From contig JAQTRS010000001.1 of NCBI GenBank assembly GCA_028711705.1, positions 201,657 to 265,656 on the forward strand: a DNA stretch of 64,000 bases. Direction: 5' to 3'. Made by a program: the position numbers and the translations under genes. The notes below the pieces were generated by a model, which was not told the origin of the DNA, did not search any database, and saw only the letters and a program-made list of their open reading frames with translations. Below, one piece after another: positions 1 to 9,397 of this stretch; the stretch's first letter is position 1, and every line of letters starts with the position of its first letter. This DNA is from Candidatus Moraniibacteriota bacterium. GTDB taxonomy: Bacteria > Patescibacteriota > Minisyncoccia > Moranbacterales > UBA1568.

Positions 1-109
1 TTCCATAGTACGATGTTTATGCGCTTTCAATAATGGGAAAAGTAGCGGATTTACGGCACGGATACCTGCGATACCCTCCGTGAAAACAGCGCGTATCCAG
101 CGCCGGCTA

Positions 110-1243
110 CTACGATTTCAGTGTAGCGTGCCGGCTGATATTAAGCAATATGCCCACACCCGACATCAAAAAGACCAGAGACGTTCCCCCGTAGCTGATG
201 AAAGGCAACGGTATGCCCGTCAGCGGGATGAGTCCGGAGATGGCCGCGATATTGATGAATGCCTGCGTCGTGATCCACATCACGATACCCACCGCCACTA
301 ATTTCCCGAAATCATCCGCGGCATGCTTGGCTATAAAAAACCCTCGCCATGCCAAAAAGACGAACAAGGAGAGGACGACCAGGGCGCCAATAAAACCCCA
401 TTCCTCACTGAAAATAGCGAAGATGGAATCGGTCACCGGTTCAGGGAGATAATTGAATTTCTGGCGGCTATGGCCCAATCCGAGGCCCCAAAAACCGCCC
501 GAACCGATGGCGAGCAGGGCCTGGCTCACATGATAGCCGACGCCTTGGGGATCAAGGTCTGGATTGAGGAATACCAGGAAGCGCTGTAACCGATAGGGAG
601 CGAGCTTGATCAGGATACCGAGCACCGCCATGCCTCCCACGAGCAGCATTCCCAAATGAGATAGGCGCGCGCCCGCTGCGAAAAAGATGGCCATGGAGAT
701 CAGAAAGATCACACCGAGCGTCCCGGTATCGGGCTGCTTGAGTATCAAAAAAGCGATAACACTGAAGATGGCCAGAAACGGCACCAATCCTTCGAACAGA
801 TCGCTCACCTTTTCCTTGCCCTTACCGACGAACCATGCAGCCAGATACAGGATCACCACAAGCTTCGTCATCTCGGACGGCTGGAACGACAATGGCCCTA
901 TCTGCACCCAACGGCTCGCGCCATATATCTTGCCGCCGATACCCGGTATGAACACAAGGATGAGCAAGATGACATTGAGCAAGAAAAGCGGCACCACCAC
1001 CTTCTGCCACCGATGATAATCCGCCCGTTGAAAAAAATACAGCGACAGCGCACCCGGAAGTATGCCGAAGAGCAGCTGGCGCTTGAAGAAGAAATAATCG
1101 TCGTTGAACCGCGTCTCCGCATAGAAGATGCCGGCGGACGCGATCGCGACCAAACCGATACCCAGCAGCGCGCATACCGCGAACAGGAGTTTCGAATCGA
1201 ATTGACTGGTATTGGTGGGTGTTTGTATTTTTTTTATAGCCAT
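110..1243 (-). CDS. SEDS-family peptidoglycan glycosyltransferase (FtsW/RodA/SpoVE type)
   Basis: Multi-TM protein with characteristic SEDS motifs (GSGGFWGLG, PFISYGGTS). The ORF-track N-terminus is trimmed to MAIKK (rc ATG at 1241-1243). Confidence 0.85.
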   Translation of the reverse strand: MAIKKIQTPTNTSQFDSKLLFAVCALLGIGLVAIASAGIFYAETRFNDDYFFFKRQLLFGILPGALSLYFFQRADYHRWQKVVVPLFLLNVILLILVFIPGIGGKIYGASRWVQIGPLSFQPSEMTKLVVILYLAAWFVGKGKEKVSDLFEGLVPFLAIFSVIAFLILKQPDTGTLGVIFLISMAIFFAAGARLSHLGMLLVGGMAVLGILIKLAPYRLQRFLVFLNPDLDPQGVGYHVSQALLAIGSGGFWGLGLGHSRQKFNYLPEPVTDSIFAIFSEEWGFIGALVVLSLFVFLAWRGFFIAKHAADDFGKLVAVGIVMWITTQAFINIAAISGLIPLTGIPLPFISYGGTSLVFLMSGVGILLNISRHATLKS

Positions 1244-1251
1244 AGTGTCTC

Positions 1252-1980
1252 TTATGCTTTTTTGGACGTATGCTTGCGCCACGTTTCGATATCCCTGTGA
1301 TGCCCGGAAAGCAACACCTCCGGAACGCGCCACCCGTTGAACTCTTCGGGTTTCGTATACTGCGGATGCTCCAATACCCCCTCATCGGTATGCGATTCAT
1401 ACACGGCGCTGTCGGTATTCCCCAACACTTCCGGCAAGAGCCTCGCCACCGCGTCCACCACCATCATCGCCGGAAGCTCCCCTCCCGTCAGCACGAAATC
1501 CCCGATGGAGAGCTCCTCATCCACCACATGCTCCGCCACCCGCTCATCCACGCCCTCATAGCGCCCGCACACGAAAATCAACCGGTCATATTTCGCCAAC
1601 CGCACGGCGTCCGCCTGCACGAACCGCTTCCCCTTCGCGGAAAACAAGATGGTTCTCGTCGTCTCGCTTGATTCCTGAGCACCCTCCGCTGTTTGTTGAT
1701 TGCTGTTTAAATCATCTGTGTTACTCGTTAACTGTTGATTGTTGGCTGTTGATTGTTTTACTGCCGTCACGGCCTTGAAAATCGGATTCACCTTAAGCAC
1801 CATGCCGGCCCCCCCGCCATAGGGCGTATCGTCCACCTTCTTATGCTTATCTTCGGTATAATCCCGCAGATTATGCACGACGATATCGATCAAACCTCTC
1901 TCTTTGGCGCGCTTCAAAATCGACTCATTACAATACGAGTCGCAGATATTGGGAAAAATGGTGATAATATCGAATTTCAT
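1252..1980 (-). CDS. trmD: tRNA (guanine37-N1)-methyltransferase TrmD, with an in-frame Q/N/S/T-rich low-complexity insertion
   Basis: [10 protein letters not shown] start, [12 protein letters not shown] and [10 protein letters not shown] motifs. The insertion is encoded by the TGTTGATTG-type tract at about 1690-1760. Confidence 0.9.
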   Translation of the reverse strand: MKFDIITIFPNICDSYCNESILKRAKERGLIDIVVHNLRDYTEDKHKKVDDTPYGGGAGMVLKVNPIFKAVTAVKQSTANNQQLTSNTDDLNSNQQTAEGAQESSETTRTILFSAKGKRFVQADAVRLAKYDRLIFVCGRYEGVDERVAEHVVDEELSIGDFVLTGGELPAMMVVDAVARLLPEVLGNTDSAVYESHTDEGVLEHPQYTKPEEFNGWRVPEVLLSGHHRDIETWRKHTSKKA

Positions 1981-2088
1981 ATGCCTTACTATACCACAAT
2001 AAGGCGAAATTTCAAATATTAAAAAGACTCCTCATACCAAAGGTACAAAGAGCCCAAGAGACCAAGTTCAAATACAAAATTCGAAGCG

Positions 2089-2700
2089 TCACACCGGTAT
2101 GCGAGAGAACACTCGGCTACCCGCATCCCACCGGCCACTCCCGCCAAACCACCAGTCATCGACGTCCCACCCACCGTTGCCGGCAAGCCAGTGTACGCTG
2201 ACAACCACGACTCCGTTGAGTACCTTAAGATGGAATATATTGGCGTTGCCATCATTGAGAAGCGCGCCCTCCTTGCCTCCCCATTGTTTCAACAGAAGCC
2301 AAACGATGAGCGCAAGGCCTTCGATCAGTCCAAATTCATAGTCTTTCGGAAGTTCACGACTGATTTCACTGTCCGACAAGGTATCCTTCATATCGAAATA
2401 GTATGCGGTTATCGAACCGATTTTTTCAACGATACCGGTAACGTATTTGAGAACGTTTTTTGTAAAACCCTCCCAAATCCAAAGTCCTTTTCGATCTTTG
2501 AAAAATTCAAAAAAATCAAGGTTTTGCTGCGGATCGGTCGTAACCGAACCAGCGTATCGGAGTTTTTCTGACTGCCATTTTTCGACAGCCTTTTTGCTCA
2601 CATCCTTACCGGTATTGATCGTATCCTGCAATGTTTTTACGGAAAGCTTACCCGTAAACAACAAATAGCTGAAATACAACCATAGTTTTAGTGTTTTCAT
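2089..2700 (-). CDS. secreted hypothetical protein (signal peptide); paralog of the partial ORF at 63461..64000
   Basis: N-terminal signal peptide. Strong GAGGAG RBS at 2705-2712. The C-terminal half aligns to the 63461..64000 protein (GLIEGLALIVWLL-KQW / GLVDGLACIAWLIYKQW). Confidence 0.55.
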   Translation of the reverse strand: MKTLKLWLYFSYLLFTGKLSVKTLQDTINTGKDVSKKAVEKWQSEKLRYAGSVTTDPQQNLDFFEFFKDRKGLWIWEGFTKNVLKYVTGIVEKIGSITAYYFDMKDTLSDSEISRELPKDYEFGLIEGLALIVWLLLKQWGGKEGALLNDGNANIFHLKVLNGVVVVSVHWLAGNGGWDVDDWWFGGSGRWDAGSRVFSRIPV

Positions 2701-2813
2701 GATGACTCTCCTCTACGTTTGAGTCGTTGGGAAAAATGGTGAAATACCACGATTTTTTAAGGATGTAGTCTCCTTGGTTATTTCCTATTTGATTATTAAG
2801 AAACTAACGGCGT

Positions 2814-2842
2814 AGTATACACCCTCTAGCGTATTTTGTCAA
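2814..2842 (-). promoter_or_regulatory. sigma-70 promoter for the 2089..2700 gene (TTGACA-17-TATACT, read on the minus strand)
   Basis: Consensus -35 at 2837-2842, 17-nt spacer, -10 TATACT at 2814-2819. Confidence 0.5.
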
Positions 2843-2921
2843 TGGTCTGTTAAAAATGCTCTATAAAAGCTAAAAATAACTATACATTAAACACTCGGCC
2901 CATTTTTAAAACAGTTGGCAT

Positions 2922-3779
2922 TCAATCCCGAATAATTCCCAATTCCTTAAACCACAATACGGCCTGAGCGACGGGCGCGAAGCTGATGCGATGGATCGGC
3001 GTCGGCCCATAGGTCTTCAGCGCTTCCATATGCACCTTCGTGCCATAGCCCTTGTGTTTCTTGAAGCCGTACTGGGGATACTTTGCATCGTATTCGTTCA
3101 TCATCCGATCACGCGTCACCTTGGCGATAATCGATGCGGCCGCGATGGTCTTGACGATCTTATCGCCGCTCACCACCGTCTCTTGCGGCAAGGAGATATT
3201 GGGAAGTTTCTGATTGCCATCGATCAAAAGCAAAACTTTGCCATTGTCAGGATGACGGTATTGTTGACCCGCCTGCAACGTTTCACGTAGCGATTCGGGC
3301 AGGCTGTTGATTGTTGACTGTTGACTGATGGATCGCCTCAGCGATCCCACCGCTTCCTTCATACCCAAAAACGTCGCCTGCAAGATATTGATCCGATCGA
3401 TAGTTTCGGGATAGATGATTCCCACGCCCACATGGAAGTGCTCCTGTATCAATGCAAACATCTCTTCGCGCTTCTTCTCCGAAATCGTTTTGGAGTCGCG
3501 GATGAATGCGAACTGCTTTTCCAATGCCTCCGGAATCAGGTAATCCTCCCGCTTATAGCACGCCGCCGCAGCCACCACCGGCCCCGCCAGCGGCCCCCGT
3601 CCCGCCTCATCCACGCCCAAAAAAAGCGTCGAGGGATACTTTCGCTTCAGAGCCTGCTCATAGGTAAAATCCGCAAGAGGTGTCGTCATAGGATACAGTA
3701 TAGCATAGCCATCGATTCCCATCCTAAGCAGGTCACCCTGCACGTGGAAGGCCGCATGCAAGAGAGTGTTTTGGCGCAC
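2922..3779 (-). CDS. rnhB: ribonuclease HII
   Basis: GVDEAGRGPLAGPVV catalytic motif and a DSK-containing C-terminal region. Has an in-frame SISQQSTINS insertion encoded by a TTGATTGTTGACTGTTGACTG tract at about 3300-3330. Confidence 0.85.
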   Translation of the reverse strand: MRQNTLLHAAFHVQGDLLRMGIDGYAILYPMTTPLADFTYEQALKRKYPSTLFLGVDEAGRGPLAGPVVAAAACYKREDYLIPEALEKQFAFIRDSKTISEKKREEMFALIQEHFHVGVGIIYPETIDRINILQATFLGMKEAVGSLRRSISQQSTINSLPESLRETLQAGQQYRHPDNGKVLLLIDGNQKLPNISLPQETVVSGDKIVKTIAAASIIAKVTRDRMMNEYDAKYPQYGFKKHKGYGTKVHMEALKTYGPTPIHRISFAPVAQAVLWFKELGIIRD

Positions 3780-4038
3780 GCACTAGCCGGAGTCGCCTTG
3801 TTTTTTTATTCCCTTGCCGCTATACTATAGACAGTAAGGTTGCATAAACTCCCCTGCAGAACCCATGGAGCGATCCGGGCTATGAGGGCAGATATCCTAT
3901 GTTTTCGGTTATTTCTTCCAACTTGGTTTTTACATTGGCCCTTAACCAACTTTTTCAAGGTGGTTTTTTTATGTATCAATCACTGCTACCCACCGATTGT
4001 TTACTGCTCATTGTTGACTGTTAATTGTTTTTTGTTAA

Positions 4039-7000
4039 TTGATTATGTCTTTCACCCATCTCCATGTTCACTCGCACTACAGCCTCCTCACCGCGCCCGC
4101 GAAAATAGAGGATATTTTGGCGCGCTGCAAAGAGCTCGGCATGACATCGGTCGCCCTCACCGACAACAGCAATATGTACGGCGCCGTCGATATCTATGTC
4201 AAAGCCAAAGACACCGGCATCAATGTCATCATCGGCGCTCAGGTCAATGTCTGCAAAGACCTCAATAGCAAGAACAATACCGCCGAAGACCGCCGCCGCT
4301 ACGATCTGGTTCTGCTCGCCAAGAATGAGACGGGCTACAAGAACCTGATGAAGATTATCTCGATCGCGCAGATCGAAGGCTTTTACTATAAGCCGCGCGT
4401 CGACAAGCAGCTCCTCCGGAAGTATCACGAAGGCCTCATCGCCCTCTCCGGATCGATTACCGGCGAAGTCCCCTCGCTCGTCATTATGGGCAACGACACC
4501 CGCGCCCGCGACATCGCCCTCGAATACCAAGACATCTTCGGCAAGGACCATTTTTACCTTGAGATCCAATCGCATCCGGATTACGAAAACCAGCTCCTCG
4601 CCAATGAGGGTCTGATCCAGATTTCCCGCGAGACCGGCATCCCTTTGGTCGCCGCCAACGATGTCCACTACGTCAACAAAGAAGACGCCGAAATCCAAGA
4701 CATCCTCTTGTGCATCCAAAATAACTGGAAAGTGAGCGACGTGAACCGCCTGAGCTTCACCCACCTCGATCTTTCCCTGCGTTCCCCCGAAGAGATGATC
4801 GCGGCCTTCAAAGATACTCCGGAGGCCATCACCAATACCCAGAAAATCGCGGACATGTGCCATGTCAAAATCAGGCTCGGCGAAACGCAGCTGCCGCATT
4901 TCGAAGTGCCGGCCAACTTCAACGCCGAATCCTACCTGCGGCACCTCTGCGAAGAGGGTTTGACCAAACGCTACGGCGAGGCTATCGAACCCAAGCACCG
5001 CGAACGCATGGAATACGAGCTTGGCATCATCGAAAAGACCGGCTTCGCATCCTACTTCCTTATCGTGCAGGACTTCGTCAACTGGGCCAAAAACGCCGGG
5101 GTCATGGTGGGCCCGGGCCGCGGATCGGCCGCCGGGAGCTTCGTCGCCTATCTTACGGGTATCACCAACATGGACCCGATCGAGTACACCCTCCTCTTCG
5201 AGCGATTCCTCAATCCGGAACGTATATCGATGCCCGATGTCGACATGGACTTCGCCGATGATCGCCGCGACGACGTGCTCAACTATGTCCGCGAAAAATA
5301 CGGCCACGATCATGTGGCGCAGATCATCACCTTCGGAACCATGGCCGCGCGCGCCGCTATCCGTGACACCGGCCGCGCCCTGGGATATTCCTATGCCCTC
5401 TGCGACCAGGTCGCCAAGCTCATCCCGATGTTTTCCACCATGAAAGAGGCCCTCGAAGAAGCGGTGGATTTCAAGAAGCTCTATGAATCCGACCCCGAAG
5501 CGCACAAACTCATCGATGTCGCCAAAAACCTCGAAGGTCTCGCCCGTCACGCCTCCATGCACGCCTGCGGCGTCGTGATCACCAAGGACCCCGTCACCGA
5601 ATACACCCCGATCCAAAAGATTTCCGGCTCGCGCGAGGGCATCGTGACCCAGTACGCCTCCTCCACCAAATTCAGCGCCGTGGAAAAGATCGGGCTCCTC
5701 AAGATGGACTTTCTGGGACTCAAAAACCTTACCATCATGCAAAACGCCATCCGCATCATCCGTGCGCTAGGCAAGCTTGACGAACTCATCGAAAGAATCG
5801 GTCTCGATCCGCAAACGGCGTCCATATCGGATATCATGGATCGCCTCCCTATCGATGACGAGAAGACCTATGAGCTCCTCCAAAAAGCGCACACCACCGG
5901 CGTCTTCCAGCTGGAAAGCAATGGTATGAAACGCTATCTGCGCCAACTCAAACCGACCGTCCTCGAAGACATCATCGCCATGGTCGCCCTCTATCGCCCG
6001 GGACCGATGGATTGGATTCCGGATTTCATCGATGGCAAACACGGACGCAAGACCGTCAAATACCTCCACCCGAAACTCGAGCCGATTCTCAGTGCCACCT
6101 ATGGCGTGGCCGTCTATCAGGAACAGGTCATGCAGATCGCCCGGGATCTTGCCGGCTTCACACTCGGCGAAGCTGACGTGCTCCGCAAGGCTATGGGAAA
6201 AAAGATTCTCGAGCTCATTCAGGAGCAGCGCGTCAAATTCGTGGCGCGCTGCGGCGAGCAAGGCATCAGCAAAGAGATCGCCGAGGGTGTCTTCGCCTTC
6301 ATCGAGCCGTTCGCCGGCTACGGATTCAACCGATCCCATGCGGCGTGCTATGCGCTCATCGGCTACCAGACCGCGTACCTGAAGGCGCACTACCCGGCAT
6401 CCTTCATGGCCGCCCTCCTCACCTCCGACCAGGACACGACCGACCGTATCGCCATCGAGGTCAATGAGTGCCGCGAAATGGGTATCGAAGTTTTGCCACC
6501 GGACGTCAACGAAAGTTTCGAGGAATTCGCCGTGGTACCGGATGATGCGGGCACCGAACGCATCCGCTTCGGACTCAATGCTATCAAGAACGTGGGCAAG
6601 GTCGCCGCCGAAGAAATCGTCAAAGAACGCAAACGCGGTGGAAAGTTCCGCTCCATCGCCGATTTCGTCGAACGTGTCCAAACCAAAGACCTCAACAAAA
6701 AATCTCTCGAAGCCCTGTCCAAAGTGGGCGCCCTCGATGCCTTCGGCGAACGCACCCAGATTCTCGCCAGCATCGACAAGATCCTCAAGCACTCCCGCAA
6801 TCTGCAGAAGATCAAAGAAACGCACACCGACAGCCTCTTCGGCCACATGCCTATCGAAACTTCCGAATTGCGCCTCGAAACCGTCCCGCCTATCGACAAG
6901 AAACAAAAGCTCAAATGGGAAAAGGAGCTCCTCGGCCTCTATGTCAGCGATCACCCTGTCAGTGATTTCAAAGAATACTTCGAACAGATCACGGTCCCGA

Positions 7001-7569
7001 TTCATGAATTGGAAAAAAGAGAGGGCGGCGTAAGCGTCAAAGTCGGCGGCGTCATCTCCTCCGTCCGCAAGACCTATACCAAGCGCCAGCAGGAAATGTT
7101 CTTTGTCGGCCTCGAGGACCTGACCGGGCGCGTCGAGGTGCTCGTCTTCCCTCGCGCCGTCGAAAAGACCGGGGGCATGTGGATAGAAGACGAACTCGTC
7201 ATCGTGACCGGCAGGCTCTCCAATGAGGACGGCGTCCCGAAAATCATGGCCGAAGACGCCGAAAAAGTCGACTTGCAATCCGTCGAAACTTTCAAGCGCG
7301 TCCTTTTGACACGAGCAAAAAACGAAAGTCCGCAAGAAGCCGCGCCCCAACTTCCAGACCAGCGACTCGTTATCACCCTCTTAGATGCCGCGATAAGCAA
7401 AAAGCTCCTCGAGACGATCTCCATCACCCTTGCCCATCTTCCGAAAGGCACGCACAAGGTCTATGTCCGCGTCCAAGGCGCCACCATCGAAACCCCGCAT
7501 TCCATCGAGATCACCGAAGAAATAAAAAAACGACTCGCGGAAATTTCCGGAGTCGAAAGCGTCGAGTAA
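4039..7569 (+). CDS. dnaE: DNA polymerase III alpha subunit (PHP domain, polymerase core, OB fold)
   Basis: HLHVHSHYSLL PHP start motif and the full length of 1176 aa typical of DnaE. Confidence 0.95.
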   Translation: MIMSFTHLHVHSHYSLLTAPAKIEDILARCKELGMTSVALTDNSNMYGAVDIYVKAKDTGINVIIGAQVNVCKDLNSKNNTAEDRRRYDLVLLAKNETGYKNLMKIISIAQIEGFYYKPRVDKQLLRKYHEGLIALSGSITGEVPSLVIMGNDTRARDIALEYQDIFGKDHFYLEIQSHPDYENQLLANEGLIQISRETGIPLVAANDVHYVNKEDAEIQDILLCIQNNWKVSDVNRLSFTHLDLSLRSPEEMIAAFKDTPEAITNTQKIADMCHVKIRLGETQLPHFEVPANFNAESYLRHLCEEGLTKRYGEAIEPKHRERMEYELGIIEKTGFASYFLIVQDFVNWAKNAGVMVGPGRGSAAGSFVAYLTGITNMDPIEYTLLFERFLNPERISMPDVDMDFADDRRDDVLNYVREKYGHDHVAQIITFGTMAARAAIRDTGRALGYSYALCDQVAKLIPMFSTMKEALEEAVDFKKLYESDPEAHKLIDVAKNLEGLARHASMHACGVVITKDPVTEYTPIQKISGSREGIVTQYASSTKFSAVEKIGLLKMDFLGLKNLTIMQNAIRIIRALGKLDELIERIGLDPQTASISDIMDRLPIDDEKTYELLQKAHTTGVFQLESNGMKRYLRQLKPTVLEDIIAMVALYRPGPMDWIPDFIDGKHGRKTVKYLHPKLEPILSATYGVAVYQEQVMQIARDLAGFTLGEADVLRKAMGKKILELIQEQRVKFVARCGEQGISKEIAEGVFAFIEPFAGYGFNRSHAACYALIGYQTAYLKAHYPASFMAALLTSDQDTTDRIAIEVNECREMGIEVLPPDVNESFEEFAVVPDDAGTERIRFGLNAIKNVGKVAAEEIVKERKRGGKFRSIADFVERVQTKDLNKKSLEALSKVGALDAFGERTQILASIDKILKHSRNLQKIKETHTDSLFGHMPIETSELRLETVPPIDKKQKLKWEKELLGLYVSDHPVSDFKEYFEQITVPIHELEKREGGVSVKVGGVISSVRKTYTKRQQEMFFVGLEDLTGRVEVLVFPRAVEKTGGMWIEDELVIVTGRLSNEDGVPKIMAEDAEKVDLQSVETFKRVLLTRAKNESPQEAAPQLPDQRLVITLLDAAISKKLLETISITLAHLPKGTHKVYVRVQGATIETPHSIEITEEIKKRLAEISGVESVE

Positions 7570-7631
7570 TTATCACCTCACAAGATATGTCATTTCGAGC
7601 TTGTCGAGAAATCTTCTTTAATCATGCATAG

Positions 7632-7658
7632 ATCCCTCGACTACGCTCGGGATGACAA
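7632..7658. repeat. 27-bp repeat GATCCCTCGACTACGCTCGGGATGACA (copy 1), just upstream of a terminator
   Basis: 25 of 27 positions identical to 16551-16577. Confidence 0.6.
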
Positions 7659-7678
7659 ATACAAATTTTCAAGTATTG

Positions 7679-7719
7679 TAAAAGCCGGGCTGTTGTTCCA
7701 TTGAACATCCCGGCTTTAA
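7679..7719. terminator. bidirectional intrinsic terminator between convergent dnaE and cassette A
   Basis: AAAAGCCGGG...CCCGGCTTT stem with an A-tract on one side and a T-tract on the other. Confidence 0.7.
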
Positions 7720-7720
7720 G

Positions 7721-8125
7721 CTACAAACAATACTTTCTGATATCCTCCATCATGTCAGAGAAAGCTACAAACAACATCCAGGTCGCTATCAATAATGTCA
7801 TAACACCAAGAATTGCAGCGGGAGCTGCTCCTAAAATAGGCCAAACAATCAACCATGGCACCAATAAGGTAGCTGCTGCGGTTACACCCCTCACACCGGG
7901 AACGGATCGTCCATTTGCAAGAAGAAGACCAATCCGGAATAACATCACTACGAATGTCATAATCGGTAATACTATTGCCGACCATACCCATCCACCCGTA
8001 TAACAAGAATATCCGGTCATCGCCAGCAGACCGAGGAATACGATCTTAAATATGAGCGAGATCACCTTGTGATATTTTACAAAAAACAATTTTTTATCTG
8101 TTACGCTATTCATATTATCCACCAT
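7721..8125 (-). CDS. hypothetical small membrane protein (cassette A, 3-4 TM helices)
   Basis: 134-aa ORF with hydrophobic helices. Has its own consensus promoter and terminator. Lower GC than its neighbours. Confidence 0.5.
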   Translation of the reverse strand: MVDNMNSVTDKKLFFVKYHKVISLIFKIVFLGLLAMTGYSCYTGGWVWSAIVLPIMTFVVMLFRIGLLLANGRSVPGVRGVTAAATLLVPWLIVWPILGAAPAAILGVMTLLIATWMLFVAFSDMMEDIRKYCL

Positions 8126-8202
8126 TTTTTAAAAGGGCCGTTTCAGGCCAGTAAGCAAGCACGCCCCAACGGCACTGCCTGCATTTCTAACCTGAACGGT
8201 GT

Positions 8203-8231
8203 ATGATAGCATACTATGCGAGAATTGTCAA
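8203..8231 (-). promoter_or_regulatory. consensus sigma-70 promoter of cassette A (TTGACA-17-TATCAT), part of a conserved roughly 80-bp leader module
   Basis: -35 TTGACA at 8226-8231 and -10 at 8203-8208. The module CCTGCATTTCTAACCTGAACGGTGTATGATAGCATACTATG is duplicated at 9372-9412 and in diverged form at 8775-8815. Confidence 0.65.
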
Positions 8232-8251
8232 TATGAAGTTTCGGGTATTGT

Positions 8252-8288
8252 AAAAGCCGTCCTGTCGTTATTCTGACGGAGCGGCTTT
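8252..8288 (-). terminator. intrinsic terminator of cassette B
   Basis: AAAAGCCGTCC...GGAGCGGCTTT hairpin followed by a U-tract on the minus strand. Confidence 0.6.
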
Positions 8289-8304
8289 CGTATCTTTATT
8301 GCGG

Positions 8305-8715
8305 CTAGAAAACTTCGAATTTCCAAGTGCCATGTTTCAGGTAATAATCGATAGCACGGTTGAAGACTTCTTCCACGCGATCCATGGTGATATACTCATT
8401 ATCAACAGCTTCTTTTAAGGAAATATCCCTTTGCTCATTGAATATATGCACCTTCATACACCATACATCATCAAGCGATGCCAGATGCGAAAAATTGAAT
8501 TGAATCTTCCCTTTCTGATTTTTCGCATCCGCAAGCGTCAATAATCCGAAATTCCTGAAGAAATTTATCTTGCGATGCAACGGCACCGTATTTCTCACCT
8601 CCCCCATATATCGCTTTATTTCGCGCAACTGCTTATACTGCCTGAGTGTAAACCAGCACAGAAGAAGCGTGAAAATAACCAGTCCTGCAAACATACTATT
8701 CAAATCTAACACCAT
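8305..8715 (-). CDS. hypothetical protein (cassette B): N-terminal TM helix plus a roughly 100-aa domain paralogous to cassette C
   Basis: Start trimmed to MVLDLNS (rc ATG at 8713-8715) with a GAGGAA RBS. The longer ORF-track start would run through the gene's own promoter. The protein aligns with cassette C (RNTVPLHRKINFFRNFGL vs RDTAPLYHKLNFCYSLGL). Confidence 0.5.
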   Translation of the reverse strand: MVLDLNSMFAGLVIFTLLLCWFTLRQYKQLREIKRYMGEVRNTVPLHRKINFFRNFGLLTLADAKNQKGKIQFNFSHLASLDDVWCMKVHIFNEQRDISLKEAVDNEYITMDRVEEVFNRAIDYYLKHGTWKFEVF

Positions 8716-8806
8716 GGTGGCAATTCCTCTTCGATTGTTAATATTCAAACCCAGTCGGCAACCACCTCTCATTGAGAAACGCTTGCATTTCTGGCCTGGA
8801 TAGTCT

Positions 8807-8835
8807 ACTATAGCTTGATATGAACACCCTGTCAA
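8807..8835 (-). promoter_or_regulatory. consensus sigma-70 promoter of cassette B (TTGACA-17-TATAGT)
   Basis: -35 at 8830-8835 and -10 at 8807-8812, followed by the conserved leader motif AGAAATGCA. Confidence 0.6.
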
Positions 8836-8886
8836 TACAGCCAAAACCACATCAAGTTTTCAAGAATTAGATTTTCAGGTTGTTTA

Positions 8887-8924
8887 AAAGCCGATGCATC
8901 AATATTCCGATGCTCCGGCTTTTA
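8887..8924 (-). terminator. intrinsic terminator of cassette C
   Basis: AAAAGCCGATGCATC...GATGCTCCGGCTTTT hairpin. Confidence 0.6.
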
Positions 8925-8936
8925 TACTACATTCTT

Positions 8937-9293
8937 TCAACCCCATTGAAAGTCTTGCAAATAACGTCCTATGGCCATATTCACGGCCAATGCCACTTCA
9001 TCGATATTTATAGCGCCTCTCTTTTGTAGGTATTCCAATGTGGAACTTTGAATCACACTTATATTATCCTGAAAATCGATAAGGACAGCAACGCAAGAAA
9101 GGCTGCAATGAGATTCGAACCCTTTTAGTGTGAGCTGTATTGTACTGCCATCACTCGACACATATTCCAATTCCCTCAGACCCAAGCTGTAACAAAAGTT
9201 TAGCTTATGGTACAATGGGGCGGTATCCCGCATATTGCTTATGCGCTCCCTAACGGTTGCTAGTCGCACATCGTCATTAACACACTTTTCCAT
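8937..9293 (-). CDS. hypothetical soluble protein (cassette C), paralog of the cassette B domain
   Basis: 118-aa ORF with a GAGAGG RBS and its own promoter and terminator. Confidence 0.5.
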   Translation of the reverse strand: MEKCVNDDVRLATVRERISNMRDTAPLYHKLNFCYSLGLRELEYVSSDGSTIQLTLKGFESHCSLSCVAVLIDFQDNISVIQSSTLEYLQKRGAINIDEVALAVNMAIGRYLQDFQWG

Positions 9294-9345
9294 CCTGGTT
9301 ACCTCTCATTTAATTTGTAAAGAGCCTTATTTCAGGCCAGTGAAC

Positions 9346-9375
9346 AGGTGTTTTCTTGCAATTAAGAAAACACCT
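9346..9375. promoter_or_regulatory. perfect 12-bp-arm palindrome AGGTGTTTTCTT-GCAATT-AAGAAAACACCT in the cassette C leader
   Basis: Exact inverted repeat located between the promoter and RBS of cassette C. It could act as an operator or an RNA hairpin. Confidence 0.5.
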
Positions 9376-9397
9376 GCATTTCTAACCTGAACGGTGT

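Noticed and set aside
110-1333. ORF-track N-terminal extensions (e.g. the MARSGG... start of the SEDS gene, MCGSFAW... of rpl[10 protein letters not shown]... of folA, MSYTLAGV... of glyA, MCLSTYEY... of the ECF sigma gene)
   Set aside because: The extensions have no homology, overlap the upstream gene or its terminator, and internal ATGs match the canonical N-termini of the families. Starts were trimmed accordingly.
4021-7350. Long minus-strand ORFs (573 aa and 527 aa) antisense to dnaE. Similar long antisense ORFs lie opposite gatB (11124-12329), dnaX (22982-23857), nrdD (27597-29336), apbE (32008-33111), smc (39676-41240), rnc (41429-42265), pgk/mraY (53424-54368) and the MFP gene (62078-62866).
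   Set aside because: Each overlaps a strongly conserved, confidently identified gene on the other strand. Their translations are low-complexity (Arg/Gly/Asp/His-rich) with no motifs. They are open by codon-composition chance in GC-rich coding DNA.
8716-8850. N-terminal 45 codons of ORF 8305-8850 as listed in the ORF track
   Set aside because: That extension would be translated straight through the gene's own consensus promoter (TTGACA-17-TATAGT at 8807-8835). The internal ATG at 8713-8715 has a GAGGAA RBS, so the true start is taken as 8715.
9090-9130. GGGTTCGAATCTCAT-like string (rc) resembling a tRNA T-arm
   Set aside because: Flanking sequence cannot form acceptor or anticodon stems. It lies in frame inside cassette C coding sequence.
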